From Syntrophales bacterium (GTDB taxonomy: Bacteria; Desulfobacterota; Syntrophia; Syntrophales; UBA6807): a DNA stretch of 64,000 nucleotides. The position numbers and the translations under genes are program-made. Of this stretch, positions 46,272 to 55,608 are shown piece by piece. How positions within the stretch are numbered: the stretch's first letter is position 1; each line of letters opens with the position of its first letter. The notes under the pieces were generated by a model that saw nothing but the letters and a program-made list of their open reading frames with translations, was not told the origin of the DNA and did not search any database. Location of the stretch: assembly GCA_040767195.1 (NCBI GenBank), contig JAXGPA010000002.1:224001-288000 (forward strand). Reading direction: 5' to 3'.

Positions 46272-47261
46272 ATGCTCTACATACACGGCATGGGGCACTT
46301 CCACCCCGAAAACGTCATCACGAACCGGTTCATCGAGGATCTGGACATCGGGAGCAGCGAGGAATGGATCCAGGAGCGGGTGGGAATTCACGCCCGGCGG
46401 ACCGCCCTCGACCTCGACTACATCCGGACGACGAAAAACCGGGATCCCCGGGCGGCCGCCGCGGCAAGCCACTACACCAACGCCAGGACGGGAGCCCTGG
46501 CCGCGGAAATGGCCCTGGACCGGGCCGGGCTCACGCCCGGAGACATCGGCCTCGTCCTTTCCGGCAGCTCCGCCCCGGACCACCTGACGCCGGCGGAGGC
46601 GGCCACCGTCGCCGGGGAACTGGGAATCGAGGCGCCCTCCCTGGACCTGAATTCCGCCTGCAGCACCTTCGCCATGCAGGCGGCCTGGCTCAGCTGGATG
46701 CGGCCGGAGAAGCTGCCCCCCTTCATTCTCCTGGTCCAGCCGGAAAACCTGACCCGGAGCGTCGATTACAGCGACCGGCGGGTGGCCCCCCTGTTCGGGG
46801 ACGGGTCGAGCGCCGCCGTGGTGTCGGCGACGGTCCCCTCGAAAATCCGCATCCTCGACGCCTTCTGCGGCTCCACCCCCTCCCAGTGGGACAAGGTCTG
46901 CATTCCCCGGTTCTCCCATTTTTACCAGAACGGAAATGCCGTCCAGGGCTTTGCCATCCGCCGGAGCACCGATTCCCTGAAACAGCTCGAGGACAAATAC
47001 GGAAAGGGAAAGGGGCCCTTTGTATTCATCGGCCACCAGGCCAATTACGGCATGCTCCGGACAGTGTGCGAGCGGAGCGGCATCCCCGACGAAAACCACT
47101 GGTACAACGTGGTGGATTACGGCAACACGGGCTGCTCCAGCGGTCCCGCCGTTCTGAGCCAGCGGTGGGAGCGGCTGAACCCGGGGGACCGTATCGCCAT
47201 GGTCCTCGTGGGGTCGGGGCTTTCCTGGGCCAGCCTCATGATCGCGGTGGCCAGGGCGTAA
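46272..47261 (+). CDS. fabH: Ketoacyl-ACP synthase III (FabH-like)
   Basis: Cys-His-Asn triad 'SACS', 'HQAN', 'YGNT'; 'LFGDG'. Confidence 0.85.
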   Translation: MLYIHGMGHFHPENVITNRFIEDLDIGSSEEWIQERVGIHARRTALDLDYIRTTKNRDPRAAAAASHYTNARTGALAAEMALDRAGLTPGDIGLVLSGSSAPDHLTPAEAATVAGELGIEAPSLDLNSACSTFAMQAAWLSWMRPEKLPPFILLVQPENLTRSVDYSDRRVAPLFGDGSSAAVVSATVPSKIRILDAFCGSTPSQWDKVCIPRFSHFYQNGNAVQGFAIRRSTDSLKQLEDKYGKGKGPFVFIGHQANYGMLRTVCERSGIPDENHWYNVVDYGNTGCSSGPAVLSQRWERLNPGDRIAMVLVGSGLSWASLMIAVARA

Positions 47262-47301
47262 TCGAAAAAATGGCTATTTTCAAAATGCTTAAGGGATCAG
47301 G

Positions 47302-47895
47302 ATGACATACGAAGAATTCAACGGGAAATCGTCTTTCACCCAGGAGGAACTCCTGGCCTTCTCTTACGGCCGGCTCGTGGACAACCCGCCGGCGGCTTTC
47401 GACGCCCGGCTTCCGGCTCCGCCCTTTCTCATGATCGACCGGATCACGGAAATCAACGCCGACGGGAAAAGAGGGGAAATCCGGGCGGAGCAGGACGTGC
47501 GCCTCGACGCCTGGTATTTTCAGTGCCACATGCCCGGGGACCCCGTCCAGCCGGGGTGCCTGTGCGTCGACGCCATCTGGCAGCTTCTGGGCTTCTACTG
47601 CGTGTGGCGGGGCGGCCAGGGCGCCGGAAGGGCTCTGGGCTGCGAGGAAGTCCAGTTTTCCGGGCAGATTCGTCCCCGGAATCGAATCGTCACCTATCAC
47701 GTGGAAATCCGGCGCTTCGCCATCCTGAAGGACTCGGGAAGCTCCATCACCATCGGGGACGGTCACATCGCCGTGGACGGCGAATCCATCATGACCGTCC
47801 GGAACGCCAAATCGGGAACGTTCCAGGGAATCACCTATCCCGATTACCCGCTGGCCACCCCGCTCAGCCGGGGGGGGCTGATGAGCAAGGAATGA
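47302..47895 (+). CDS. fabA: 3-hydroxyacyl-ACP dehydratase/isomerase
   Basis: 'LPAPPFLMIDRI', 'CHMPGDPVQPGCLCVDAIWQLLGF' (His/Asp), 'GRALG'. Confidence 0.88.
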   Translation: MTYEEFNGKSSFTQEELLAFSYGRLVDNPPAAFDARLPAPPFLMIDRITEINADGKRGEIRAEQDVRLDAWYFQCHMPGDPVQPGCLCVDAIWQLLGFYCVWRGGQGAGRALGCEEVQFSGQIRPRNRIVTYHVEIRRFAILKDSGSSITIGDGHIAVDGESIMTVRNAKSGTFQGITYPDYPLATPLSRGGLMSKE

Positions 47896-47958
47896 TGACG
47901 GCTTTTTAGAAAGCCGCCCGAAGAAAACGTTTCAGGAGTGCTTGTGAGCAAAGGAATA

Positions 47959-48687
47959 ATGGAAGAAAAAAAAGTCGCCGTCGTCACCGGAGCCTCCGGC
48001 GGGATCGGAAGCGCCTGCTGCCGCGCCCTGGCGGAAGAGGGATTTCGTGTGGGCATTCACTACCGGACGGGAAAGGAAGCGGCGGAAAGACTGTCCAAGA
48101 AACTTTCCGGGAGTTTCCTCCTTCACGCCGATCTGGGAGACCCCGAAGGGATCGACCGGATGGTGGAGGAGATCCGGAAAGGGGCCGGACGGGTCGATGT
48201 CCTCGTCAACAACGCGGGCCTTTCGATCAACCGGGACATCCACACCATGAAGATGGAGGAATTCGACGCCCAGCGGCAGATGGCCCGGGGCGCCTGGTAT
48301 CTCACAAAACGGGTTCTCCGGCTCTTCATGCTCCGAAGAAACGAAGGGCGGATCATCACCATCTCCAGTGTCGTCGGCCACACGGGGAACGCCGGGCAGA
48401 TCCCCTACACCATGGAGAAGGCGGCCATGGACGCCATGACCCGCTCCCTGGCCCGGGAACTCGCCGGACGGAACATTCTCGTCAACGCCGTCGCGCCGGG
48501 CTTCATCGAGACGGCCATGACGGCGGTTCTTCCGGAAGAGATCCAGGCAGGCATCGTGAAGGACATTCCCCTCGGGCGGATCGGCCGCCCCGAGGAAGTC
48601 GCCGAGGTGGTCGCCTTCCTCGCCACCAAAGGGAGCTACATCACGGGCACGGTCATTCACGTGAACGGAGGGCTCTATGGCGGCTGA
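47959..48687 (+). CDS. fabG: 3-oxoacyl-ACP reductase (SDR)
   Basis: 'TGASGGIG', 'NNAG', 'YTMEK' (YxxxK), 'VAPGFIET'. Confidence 0.88.
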   Translation: MEEKKVAVVTGASGGIGSACCRALAEEGFRVGIHYRTGKEAAERLSKKLSGSFLLHADLGDPEGIDRMVEEIRKGAGRVDVLVNNAGLSINRDIHTMKMEEFDAQRQMARGAWYLTKRVLRLFMLRRNEGRIITISSVVGHTGNAGQIPYTMEKAAMDAMTRSLARELAGRNILVNAVAPGFIETAMTAVLPEEIQAGIVKDIPLGRIGRPEEVAEVVAFLATKGSYITGTVIHVNGGLYGG

Positions 48688-49153
48688 CGCGACGACGCGA
48701 AGGGACATCCTCGAGAGAGTTCCCCAGAAACCCCCGTTTCGTTTCATCGACCACATCCTGGAACTGGACGATCACCACGTGGTGGGGTCCTATCGATTCC
48801 GGGAGGACGAGTTTTTTTACCGGGGACATTTCCCGGGCTATCCCGTGACACCGGGAGTGATTCTCGTGGAGACCATGGCCCAGACCGGCGTCGTCGCCTT
48901 CGGTCTCTATCTCCTGGAGCGGCAGGGGATCTCCCCCGGCGACATGGACCGCATGGTAACCCTCTTCACCCTCATGGATAACGTGGAGTTTTATGAAATC
49001 GTCAAGCCCGGGGACCGTGTCCTGGTTCACGGTGAAAAGGTGTACTTCCGCAGAGGAAGCCTGAAAACGTCCGTCCGCATGACCCTGGAGACGGGGCGAC
49101 TCGTCTCCTCGGGAACGCTGGCGGGAATGGGAGTCAAAAAAAATGAAGCGTAG
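48677..49153 (+). CDS. fabZ: 3-hydroxyacyl-ACP dehydratase, FabZ-like
   Basis: 'PFRFID', 'GHFPGYPVTPGVILVETMAQ' (His/Glu). Confidence 0.85.
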   Translation: MAADATTRRDILERVPQKPPFRFIDHILELDDHHVVGSYRFREDEFFYRGHFPGYPVTPGVILVETMAQTGVVAFGLYLLERQGISPGDMDRMVTLFTLMDNVEFYEIVKPGDRVLVHGEKVYFRRGSLKTSVRMTLETGRLVSSGTLAGMGVKKNEA

Positions 49154-50435
49154 AGTCGTTATAACGGGCATGGGGGTCGCCGCCCCGAACGGCCACGGCC
49201 TCGAGGCCTTTGAAAAGGCCCTCCGGGAGGGCCGGTCGGGCATCCGTTTCGTCCCGCAGCTGAAGGAACTGAACTTCGGCTGCCAGATCGGCGGCATCCC
49301 CGAAAATTTCGAGGAAATCAGGAAAAGCTACTTCGACTTCGAGAAGCTCATGTCCATCAACGACAACATCGGGTTCTGCTCCGTGTCGGCGGTGGACGCC
49401 TGGAAGGACGCCGGGTTCGATCTTCCCGATCCGGACGACGACGAGACGGTGGACTGGGACACCGGGGCCATCCTCGGCTGCGGCATCGGCGGCATGGACA
49501 CCATCGCCGAAAAGGTCGTTCCCACGGTGAAGGACGGGAGAGTGCGGCGCATGGGCAGCCGCATCGTGGAGCAGGTCATGAACAGCGGGACGAGCGCCCG
49601 GGTGGGAGGCCTTCTCGGCCTCGGGAACCAGGTCACGTCCAATTCCGCCGCCTGCAGCACCGGGACGGAGGCCATCGCCGACTCCGCCTGGCGGATCCGC
49701 CACGGCCTGGCGAAACGGATGCTTGCCGGGAGTTCCGAAGGGGCGTCGCCTTTCATCTGGGCGGGGTTCGACGCCATGCGGGTCATCGCCCGGAAGTTCA
49801 ACGACACCCCCGAGACGGGGTCCCGTCCCATGAGCGCCACTGCCAACGGGTTCGTTCCCGGTTCGGGCGGCGCGGTCCTGGTCCTGGAGGACCTGGAAAC
49901 GGCCCTCCAGAGAAACGCCCGGATATACGCCGAGATCGCCGGCATGGCCGTGAACTGCGGCGGCCAGCGCAAGGGCGGTTCCATGACGGCCCCCAATCCC
50001 GAGGGCGTCCGGCGCTGCATCCTGGGGGCTCTCGCCGACGGCGGCATCGCCCCCGGCGAAATCGACGCCATCAACGGTCATCTGACGGCCACCTTCGCCG
50101 ACCCATACGAGGTCAAAAACTGGTCCGACGCCCTGAAAAGGGACCCGGACGATTTTCCCTGGATCAACTCCACCAAATCCATGATCGGCCACTGCCTGGG
50201 GGCGGCGGGGTCCATCGAGTCCGTGGCGGCGGTCCTTCAACTTTACAGGGGTTTCCTCCACCCCTCCATCAACTGCGAGGACATTCACCCTGACATCGAG
50301 GCGTTCACCGAGAGAATACCCAGAAAGGTCCTGGATTTTCCCGACATGAGGATACTCGCCAAGGCCTCTTTCGGATTCGGCGACGTGAACAGCTGCATTA
50401 TTTTCAAAAAATGGGAAAACGGAAAGGAGACATAA
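49143..50435 (+). CDS. fabF: Beta-ketoacyl-ACP synthase (FabF/FabB family)
   Basis: 'RRVVITGMG', 'AACSTG', 'INGHLTAT', 'KSMIGHCLGAAG', 'SFGFG'. Confidence 0.85.
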   Translation: MKRRVVITGMGVAAPNGHGLEAFEKALREGRSGIRFVPQLKELNFGCQIGGIPENFEEIRKSYFDFEKLMSINDNIGFCSVSAVDAWKDAGFDLPDPDDDETVDWDTGAILGCGIGGMDTIAEKVVPTVKDGRVRRMGSRIVEQVMNSGTSARVGGLLGLGNQVTSNSAACSTGTEAIADSAWRIRHGLAKRMLAGSSEGASPFIWAGFDAMRVIARKFNDTPETGSRPMSATANGFVPGSGGAVLVLEDLETALQRNARIYAEIAGMAVNCGGQRKGGSMTAPNPEGVRRCILGALADGGIAPGEIDAINGHLTATFADPYEVKNWSDALKRDPDDFPWINSTKSMIGHCLGAAGSIESVAAVLQLYRGFLHPSINCEDIHPDIEAFTERIPRKVLDFPDMRILAKASFGFGDVNSCIIFKKWENGKET

Positions 50436-50438
50436 AAA

Positions 50439-50687
50439 ATGGACGAAAACAAGATATTGGAAGAAATAAAGAACATCCTGCGACCCTATGTGAAAGACGG
50501 GGCCCTGCTCGACCAGGCGACGACGGAAACACACATCCTGGACGATCTGAAAGTGAACTCGGCCCGTCTCGTCGATGTCATCATCAAGTGCGAGGACATC
50601 TTCGGCCTCACCATCGAGGACGACGAGGCGGACAGGATCCGGACCATCGGCGACGCCGTGAAGCTGATCCAGGAGAAGCTTTCCTGA
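50439..50687 (+). CDS. Acyl carrier protein (atypical NSA motif)
   Basis: 82 aa, acidic, 'DDLKVNSARLVD', 'TIGDAV'; AAGGAG RBS. Confidence 0.88.
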   Translation: MDENKILEEIKNILRPYVKDGALLDQATTETHILDDLKVNSARLVDVIIKCEDIFGLTIEDDEADRIRTIGDAVKLIQEKLS

Positions 50688-50691
50688 CGAA

Positions 50692-51435
50692 ATGATGGAA
50701 GGGAAAATCGAAAAGCGGGTCCGGCGCCAGATCCTGGTGGGCCGGCTAGCCGTTTTTTTAACGGCCTTCCTGACTTTTCTGGCCATCCGGCTGTTGCGGT
50801 ACCGCGTCAGGAACCTCAAGGCGTTCCGGGAGCAGATAAAAGGGTTTTGGCGGGAACATGACGGGCCATGGCTCATCTGTCCCAATCACCTGACCATGAT
50901 CGACTCGGTTGTCGTGGCCTGGGCCCTTGCGCCTCTCCGGGAATACCTCGTTCATTTTCACAGGCTCGCCTGGAATCTCCCCGAAAGGGACAACTTCCAG
51001 AAAAACCCGGTCCTCGCCGTCCTGTGTTATTTGACCAAGTGCCTGCCCGTCCACCGGAGGGGAAGCCGGGAAGAGGTCCGGGAAACCCTGGACACATGCG
51101 CCTTCCTCCTCAACCGGGGGGAGAGCATCGTCATTTTTCCCGAGGGGGGGCGGTCCCGGACAGGCCGGGTGGACCGGGAACGGGTTTCCTACGGTGTGGG
51201 CCGCCTTTACACGCAAAATGAAAATTGCCGTATCCTGTGTCTCCATATCCGGGGCGACGGACAAAAAACGTGGAGCGACATCCCGAAGCCTGGGGAGCGT
51301 TTCACCGCCGCGGCGGCGGTTTTACGGCCAGACCCGGGGAACCGGGGACTCCGGGCCCAGCGGGCCTGCGCCGAAGAGATCATGGAAAAGCTCATCCAAA
51401 TGGAGGAGGCCTGGTTCCTTGGCCCTGGGAAATGA
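50692..51435 (+). CDS. Lysophospholipid acyltransferase (PlsC-like)
   Basis: 'NHLTMID' (HxxxxD) and 'FPEGGRS'. Confidence 0.85.
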   Translation: MMEGKIEKRVRRQILVGRLAVFLTAFLTFLAIRLLRYRVRNLKAFREQIKGFWREHDGPWLICPNHLTMIDSVVVAWALAPLREYLVHFHRLAWNLPERDNFQKNPVLAVLCYLTKCLPVHRRGSREEVRETLDTCAFLLNRGESIVIFPEGGRSRTGRVDRERVSYGVGRLYTQNENCRILCLHIRGDGQKTWSDIPKPGERFTAAAAVLRPDPGNRGLRAQRACAEEIMEKLIQMEEAWFLGPGK

Positions 51436-52060
51436 TATCGTCGACCTGAAAGACCCCTTCGCCCGGGAAAAGGGCCGGTGCCGGCGCTACGCCGACCGGG
51501 TCCTGGGTTCACGGGAAATCTCATGGTGGGAAAAAGACGGCGATCCCGCCCGTTTCCTGTGGGCCTGCTGGTCCGTCAAGGAGGCAGCCTACAAGGCCTT
51601 CCGGAAAGCCGCCGGCCCGATTCCCTTCCTGCCCCGAAACATCGAAACGACGGACCTTACGGGGGAGGAAAGGGGAAAATTTCGGGGAACCGTGTGGACC
51701 CCCTGGGGGAACGCGTGCTTCCGCTTATTCTTGGAGGAAGATTACGTGCATGCCCTTTGCGCGCCGTCAGGAGACGCCGTTCTGGACAGGGCGCGATGGC
51801 ATGTCGAAGAAATGCCTCCCCCCGGGGGAAAGGCGATGTCCCGGGAGATCGCCGACCCCTCCCGGGAAGTCCGCAAGGCGACGGTCCGCGTTCTCGCCTC
51901 CCTTCTCGGCATTCACGAAAAGAGCCTCCGGATCCTTCGGAACCGCGAAAACACGGGGTCCCCCGTCCCGAGGCTTTTCATCGGCGAAAGGGAGTCGCCG
52001 GCGGACCTGACCCTCAGCCACGACGGCCGTTACGGGGCCTTCGCTTTTGCCATGGATTGA
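51419..52060 (+). CDS. 4'-phosphopantetheinyl transferase
   Basis: 'GNDIVDL', 'WSVKEAAYKA', 'LSHDG'; start placed at TTG 51419 after GGAGG. Confidence 0.85.
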   Translation: MALGNDIVDLKDPFAREKGRCRRYADRVLGSREISWWEKDGDPARFLWACWSVKEAAYKAFRKAAGPIPFLPRNIETTDLTGEERGKFRGTVWTPWGNACFRLFLEEDYVHALCAPSGDAVLDRARWHVEEMPPPGGKAMSREIADPSREVRKATVRVLASLLGIHEKSLRILRNRENTGSPVPRLFIGERESPADLTLSHDGRYGAFAFAMD

Positions 52061-52124
52061 AACCCTTTTATGAGACACCCCGGGAAATGATCGAAAACCC
52101 GCCTGAACCCGGCTTGTCCGGCCG

Positions 52125-52922
52125 TCACTTTTTTCCGACGGCCTTGAAGAAGGTGTAGCAGAACACACCGTCCCGCTCCGCCGTCCGGTACAGGTCGGCA
52201 ATCCCCTGATTGAAAACCTCCTGGCCGATGATTCCCGCCGCCAGGGCGGCTTCGCGAACCCCCTCGATCATGGCGGTGAAGGTCTTTTTCGTGAAGCCGT
52301 CGACCAGGCCGGGTCGGCTGGAATCGACATAGACCATTCGCGGGGACACGTGAACGCCCTCGAAGCCCGCCCGGCAAAGAAGGGGATAAAGCTCTCTCCC
52401 AATCATGGCATTCCCGCCGGCCTGACGCTGCAGCTCGACCTGGCATCGAATCGCCCGGCGGGCCGCCTCGCTGTCCGGGTGAAAATACGCCGACCCGTGA
52501 TCCCCCTCGATGACCGTGATGGTGCCGCCTTTCTTCACATGGCGCTTCAGGGCCACCAGGGCCTCAAGGGGCCGGGCAAGATGCTCCAGGACGAAACAGA
52601 CGAAAACGTGGTCGAAAAAACCGGGCTCGAAAGGCAAATGGAAAATGTCCGCCCGCTGAAACCGGACGTTTCCCAAACCTTCCTCTGCGACCTTTCGTTC
52701 CGCTTCGGCCAGGGAGATTTCTGAAATGTCAACGGATGTTATGAGCGCTCCCGGGCTGTTTCTCGCCAGGGTGACCGTCTGCGCCCCGACACCGCAGCCT
52801 GCCTCGAGGACATGGCTTCCCCCCGGGTAAAAGGTATCCGCGTGGAGCAGTTCCGTCAGCGTGGAGGCCTGGTCCTGGAGCCGGATGTTTTCACGATCAC
52901 CGTAGCCGTGAACGTATTTCAC
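52125..52922 (-). CDS. Class I SAM-dependent methyltransferase
   Basis: 'VLEAGCGVG', 'VDIS', 'FDHVFVCFVLEH'. Confidence 0.88.
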   Translation of the reverse strand: MKYVHGYGDRENIRLQDQASTLTELLHADTFYPGGSHVLEAGCGVGAQTVTLARNSPGALITSVDISEISLAEAERKVAEEGLGNVRFQRADIFHLPFEPGFFDHVFVCFVLEHLARPLEALVALKRHVKKGGTITVIEGDHGSAYFHPDSEAARRAIRCQVELQRQAGGNAMIGRELYPLLCRAGFEGVHVSPRMVYVDSSRPGLVDGFTKKTFTAMIEGVREAALAAGIIGQEVFNQGIADLYRTAERDGVFCYTFFKAVGKK

Positions 52923-53165
52923 GCATCGATCTCCTCTGTCATTCCTGTCGTCTCTCCTTTTCTTTGCCCTGGCCGTCCCCCCGGGATCAGGATGGCAATG
53001 AAACGATATCTTTCTTTCCGGGCACAGGATGAAAGGAAGAGGTCAGGTAGTGCTTAAACCTCGCTTTTCCGCCTTGAAAACAGCCTTCTAAGGCTGAAAT
53101 TAAAGCAAAAATAGGCATATTATTATACGATTCAGAATACTTGCCTTGGTCCGACCCCCTGACAT

Positions 53166-53855
53166 TCATTTTCTGGCAATGCCGATCATGATGTAACGCC
53201 ATGCCTCGGGTACAAGCCTGTCCGCGACGAGCCTGTCCATACTCCCCAGAACGGTCCTCTGGAACGGCGTCCTTCCGAAACCGCCGAGAAAGCCCGCCGT
53301 GGTGAAATCGACCTCGGAAAAGACGGAGAGATACGCCAGCATTTCCCGGACGGTCACGTATCGCCAGGTTTTGCCCCACGGGACGAACCGGCTTCTGAAA
53401 AACCGATGAAAGGGGGAAGCCGCCAGATTTTCCGCAAACCACAACTCGCCCCCTCTTTTGAGGGCCTTGTGGATTTCATGGACGGCCTTCACCTGATTCT
53501 CCCGGTTATTCCCCCGGCCGACACCCCCCAGAACCGACTTGAACAGAATCACGTCGAATTCCTGACGGAAGGGAATGTCGAGGGCGTTGAGCGCCCCGTA
53601 TCGGATCCGGTCCGCGACCCCGTAGCGCCCGTGTTTCTCCCGGGCCTCCCGGGACGGGCCTTCAAGATCGGTGCACAGGACCTCCATGCCCGTGGAGGCG
53701 GCCCACAGGGAAAGCCCGCCGTGCCCGCACCCGATCTCCAGCGCCCGGAGGGGCACGGTATTCAAATGGGTGTGTTCGCGCCAGTATTTCAAGGAAACCG
53801 CCCAATTCGGTACATCCCATTCAATGACGTCTTCAAGGGGGGGAATCGGTCTCAT
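53166..53855 (-). CDS. Class I SAM-dependent methyltransferase
   Basis: 'ALEIGCGHGG', 'FDVILFKSVL', 'LKRGG'. Confidence 0.85.
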   Translation of the reverse strand: MRPIPPLEDVIEWDVPNWAVSLKYWREHTHLNTVPLRALEIGCGHGGLSLWAASTGMEVLCTDLEGPSREAREKHGRYGVADRIRYGALNALDIPFRQEFDVILFKSVLGGVGRGNNRENQVKAVHEIHKALKRGGELWFAENLAASPFHRFFRSRFVPWGKTWRYVTVREMLAYLSVFSEVDFTTAGFLGGFGRTPFQRTVLGSMDRLVADRLVPEAWRYIMIGIARK

Positions 53856-53973
53856 TTTCTGTTACCTTTTCTGCACATCCCGTCTCCGGACCCGTCCCCC
53901 GGTCCCGGTATGCCGTTTCCGAACGAACCGGGATTCCGAATCATCCGGTCCGTCCCACCGTATTCGGATGCCC

Positions 53974-55491
53974 CTACATGATGAAGAGATTCTTGGTCGG
54001 GAAATTGGGGTCGCTCGTGAGATTGACGCCCAGGCGGCGAAGCCCCGCTTCGTCCCCCGGCGTGGGGATGTGGGTCATGTGAACCTCGCAGCCATGAAGG
54101 TCCTTCAGTTTCTCCATGGCCAGCTGGGCCGCCGAGTTCGTCGTGGCGCTGACGCTGAGCGCGATGAGGGTCTCCTCCAGGTCCATGCTCACCGTCTTCT
54201 CGTGGAGCATCTCCGTCTTGAGATGGCGGATGGAATCGGTGATGTAGGCCGGAAGAAGCTTGATTTTCGGCGGGATGTCCGCCAGGTGCTTGATGGCGTG
54301 GAGCACCAGGCTGGAGGCGGCGTGCATGAGGGGTGAATTGTTTCCCGTGATGATGGTTCCGTCCCGCAGTTCGATGGCGGCGCCGCAGTAAATTCCCTCG
54401 TTTCCCTTTTCCCGTTCCCGGGCTTCCAGGGCGGCCTGCCGGGCCGGTTCGACCACGTTCCGATATTCCTGCTCCAGGTTGAAATCCTTGATGAAGAGCT
54501 CCACCCGCTGGACCGTGTCCCGCCCGGTGAACCCCATGGCGTATTCGCACCGGTAACGGAAGTACCGGCGGATGATTTCCTGCTTGGCCGCCTCCCGGGT
54601 CACCCCGTCGTCGGTGATGGCGAAGCCGCACCGGTTCACGCCCATGTCCGTGGGCGACCGGTAAAAGGACGGGCCCCCCGTTATTTTTTCGATGATTCTT
54701 TTCAGGAGAGGGAAGGCCTCCACGTCCCGGTTGTAGTTCACCGCCTTCTGGTCGTAGGCCTCCAGGTGAAAGGGGTCGATGAGATTGAAATCCTTGATGT
54801 CCGCCGTCGCCGCCTCGTAGGCCACGTTGACGGGATGCTTCAGGGGGAGGTTCCAGATGGGAAAGGTCTCGAACTTGGCATACCCCGACCGCGTCCCCCT
54901 TCGATAGTCATGGTAGAACTGGGAAAGGCAGGTGGCGAGCTTGCCGCTTCCCGGGCCGGGCCCCGTGACGATGACCAGGGGCTTGTCCGTCTCGATGTAG
55001 GTATTGGCCCCGTAACCCTCGTCGCTCACGATGAGATCCACGTCCGTGGGGTATCCCTTGGTGTACCGATGGGTGTAGACGGGGATGTTTCTTCTCTCGA
55101 GCTTGTTCTTGAACACCATGGCGGCGGGCTGATTTTCGAAACGGGTGATGACGACGCCGAGGACGTGGATGTCCCAGTCCCGAAGGTCGTCGATGAGCTT
55201 CAGGGCGTCCGCATCATAGGTGATCCCGAAATCCGCCCGGATCTTTTTCCGCTCGATGTCGCCTGCGTAAATGCAAAGAAGGATGTCCGCCTTGTCCTTG
55301 AGGCCCTGGAGAAGCCTCATTTTCACGTTGGGGTCGTAACCGGGCAGGACCCGGGCGGCGTGGTAGTCGTAGAGAAGCTTGCCGCCGAACTCGAGGTACA
55401 GCTTGTTGTCGAACCGTTCGACCCGCTTCAGGATTTCCCGGGTCTGTTCCGCGATGTATTTTTCGTTGTCAAAACCGACTTTTTTCGCCAT
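53974..55491 (-). CDS. DUF1846 family protein
   Basis: 'GFDNEKY', 'KLYLEFGGKL..DYHAARVLPG', 'GPGSGKLATCLSQ', 'YAKFETFPIWN', 'SPTDMGVN'. Confidence 0.85.
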   Translation of the reverse strand: MAKKVGFDNEKYIAEQTREILKRVERFDNKLYLEFGGKLLYDYHAARVLPGYDPNVKMRLLQGLKDKADILLCIYAGDIERKKIRADFGITYDADALKLIDDLRDWDIHVLGVVITRFENQPAAMVFKNKLERRNIPVYTHRYTKGYPTDVDLIVSDEGYGANTYIETDKPLVIVTGPGPGSGKLATCLSQFYHDYRRGTRSGYAKFETFPIWNLPLKHPVNVAYEAATADIKDFNLIDPFHLEAYDQKAVNYNRDVEAFPLLKRIIEKITGGPSFYRSPTDMGVNRCGFAITDDGVTREAAKQEIIRRYFRYRCEYAMGFTGRDTVQRVELFIKDFNLEQEYRNVVEPARQAALEAREREKGNEGIYCGAAIELRDGTIITGNNSPLMHAASSLVLHAIKHLADIPPKIKLLPAYITDSIRHLKTEMLHEKTVSMDLEETLIALSVSATTNSAAQLAMEKLKDLHGCEVHMTHIPTPGDEAGLRRLGVNLTSDPNFPTKNLFIM

Positions 55492-55608
55492 CCCTTCCCC
55501 TTTTTTCACGCCGTACTGTCACACCGGCAGGAGAATAGACGGAAAGCCGGCAAAGATCAAGGACCGGGAGAATAATTTTTGTCCCGCCGGCGAAATGCCA
55601 CGCCGGTC

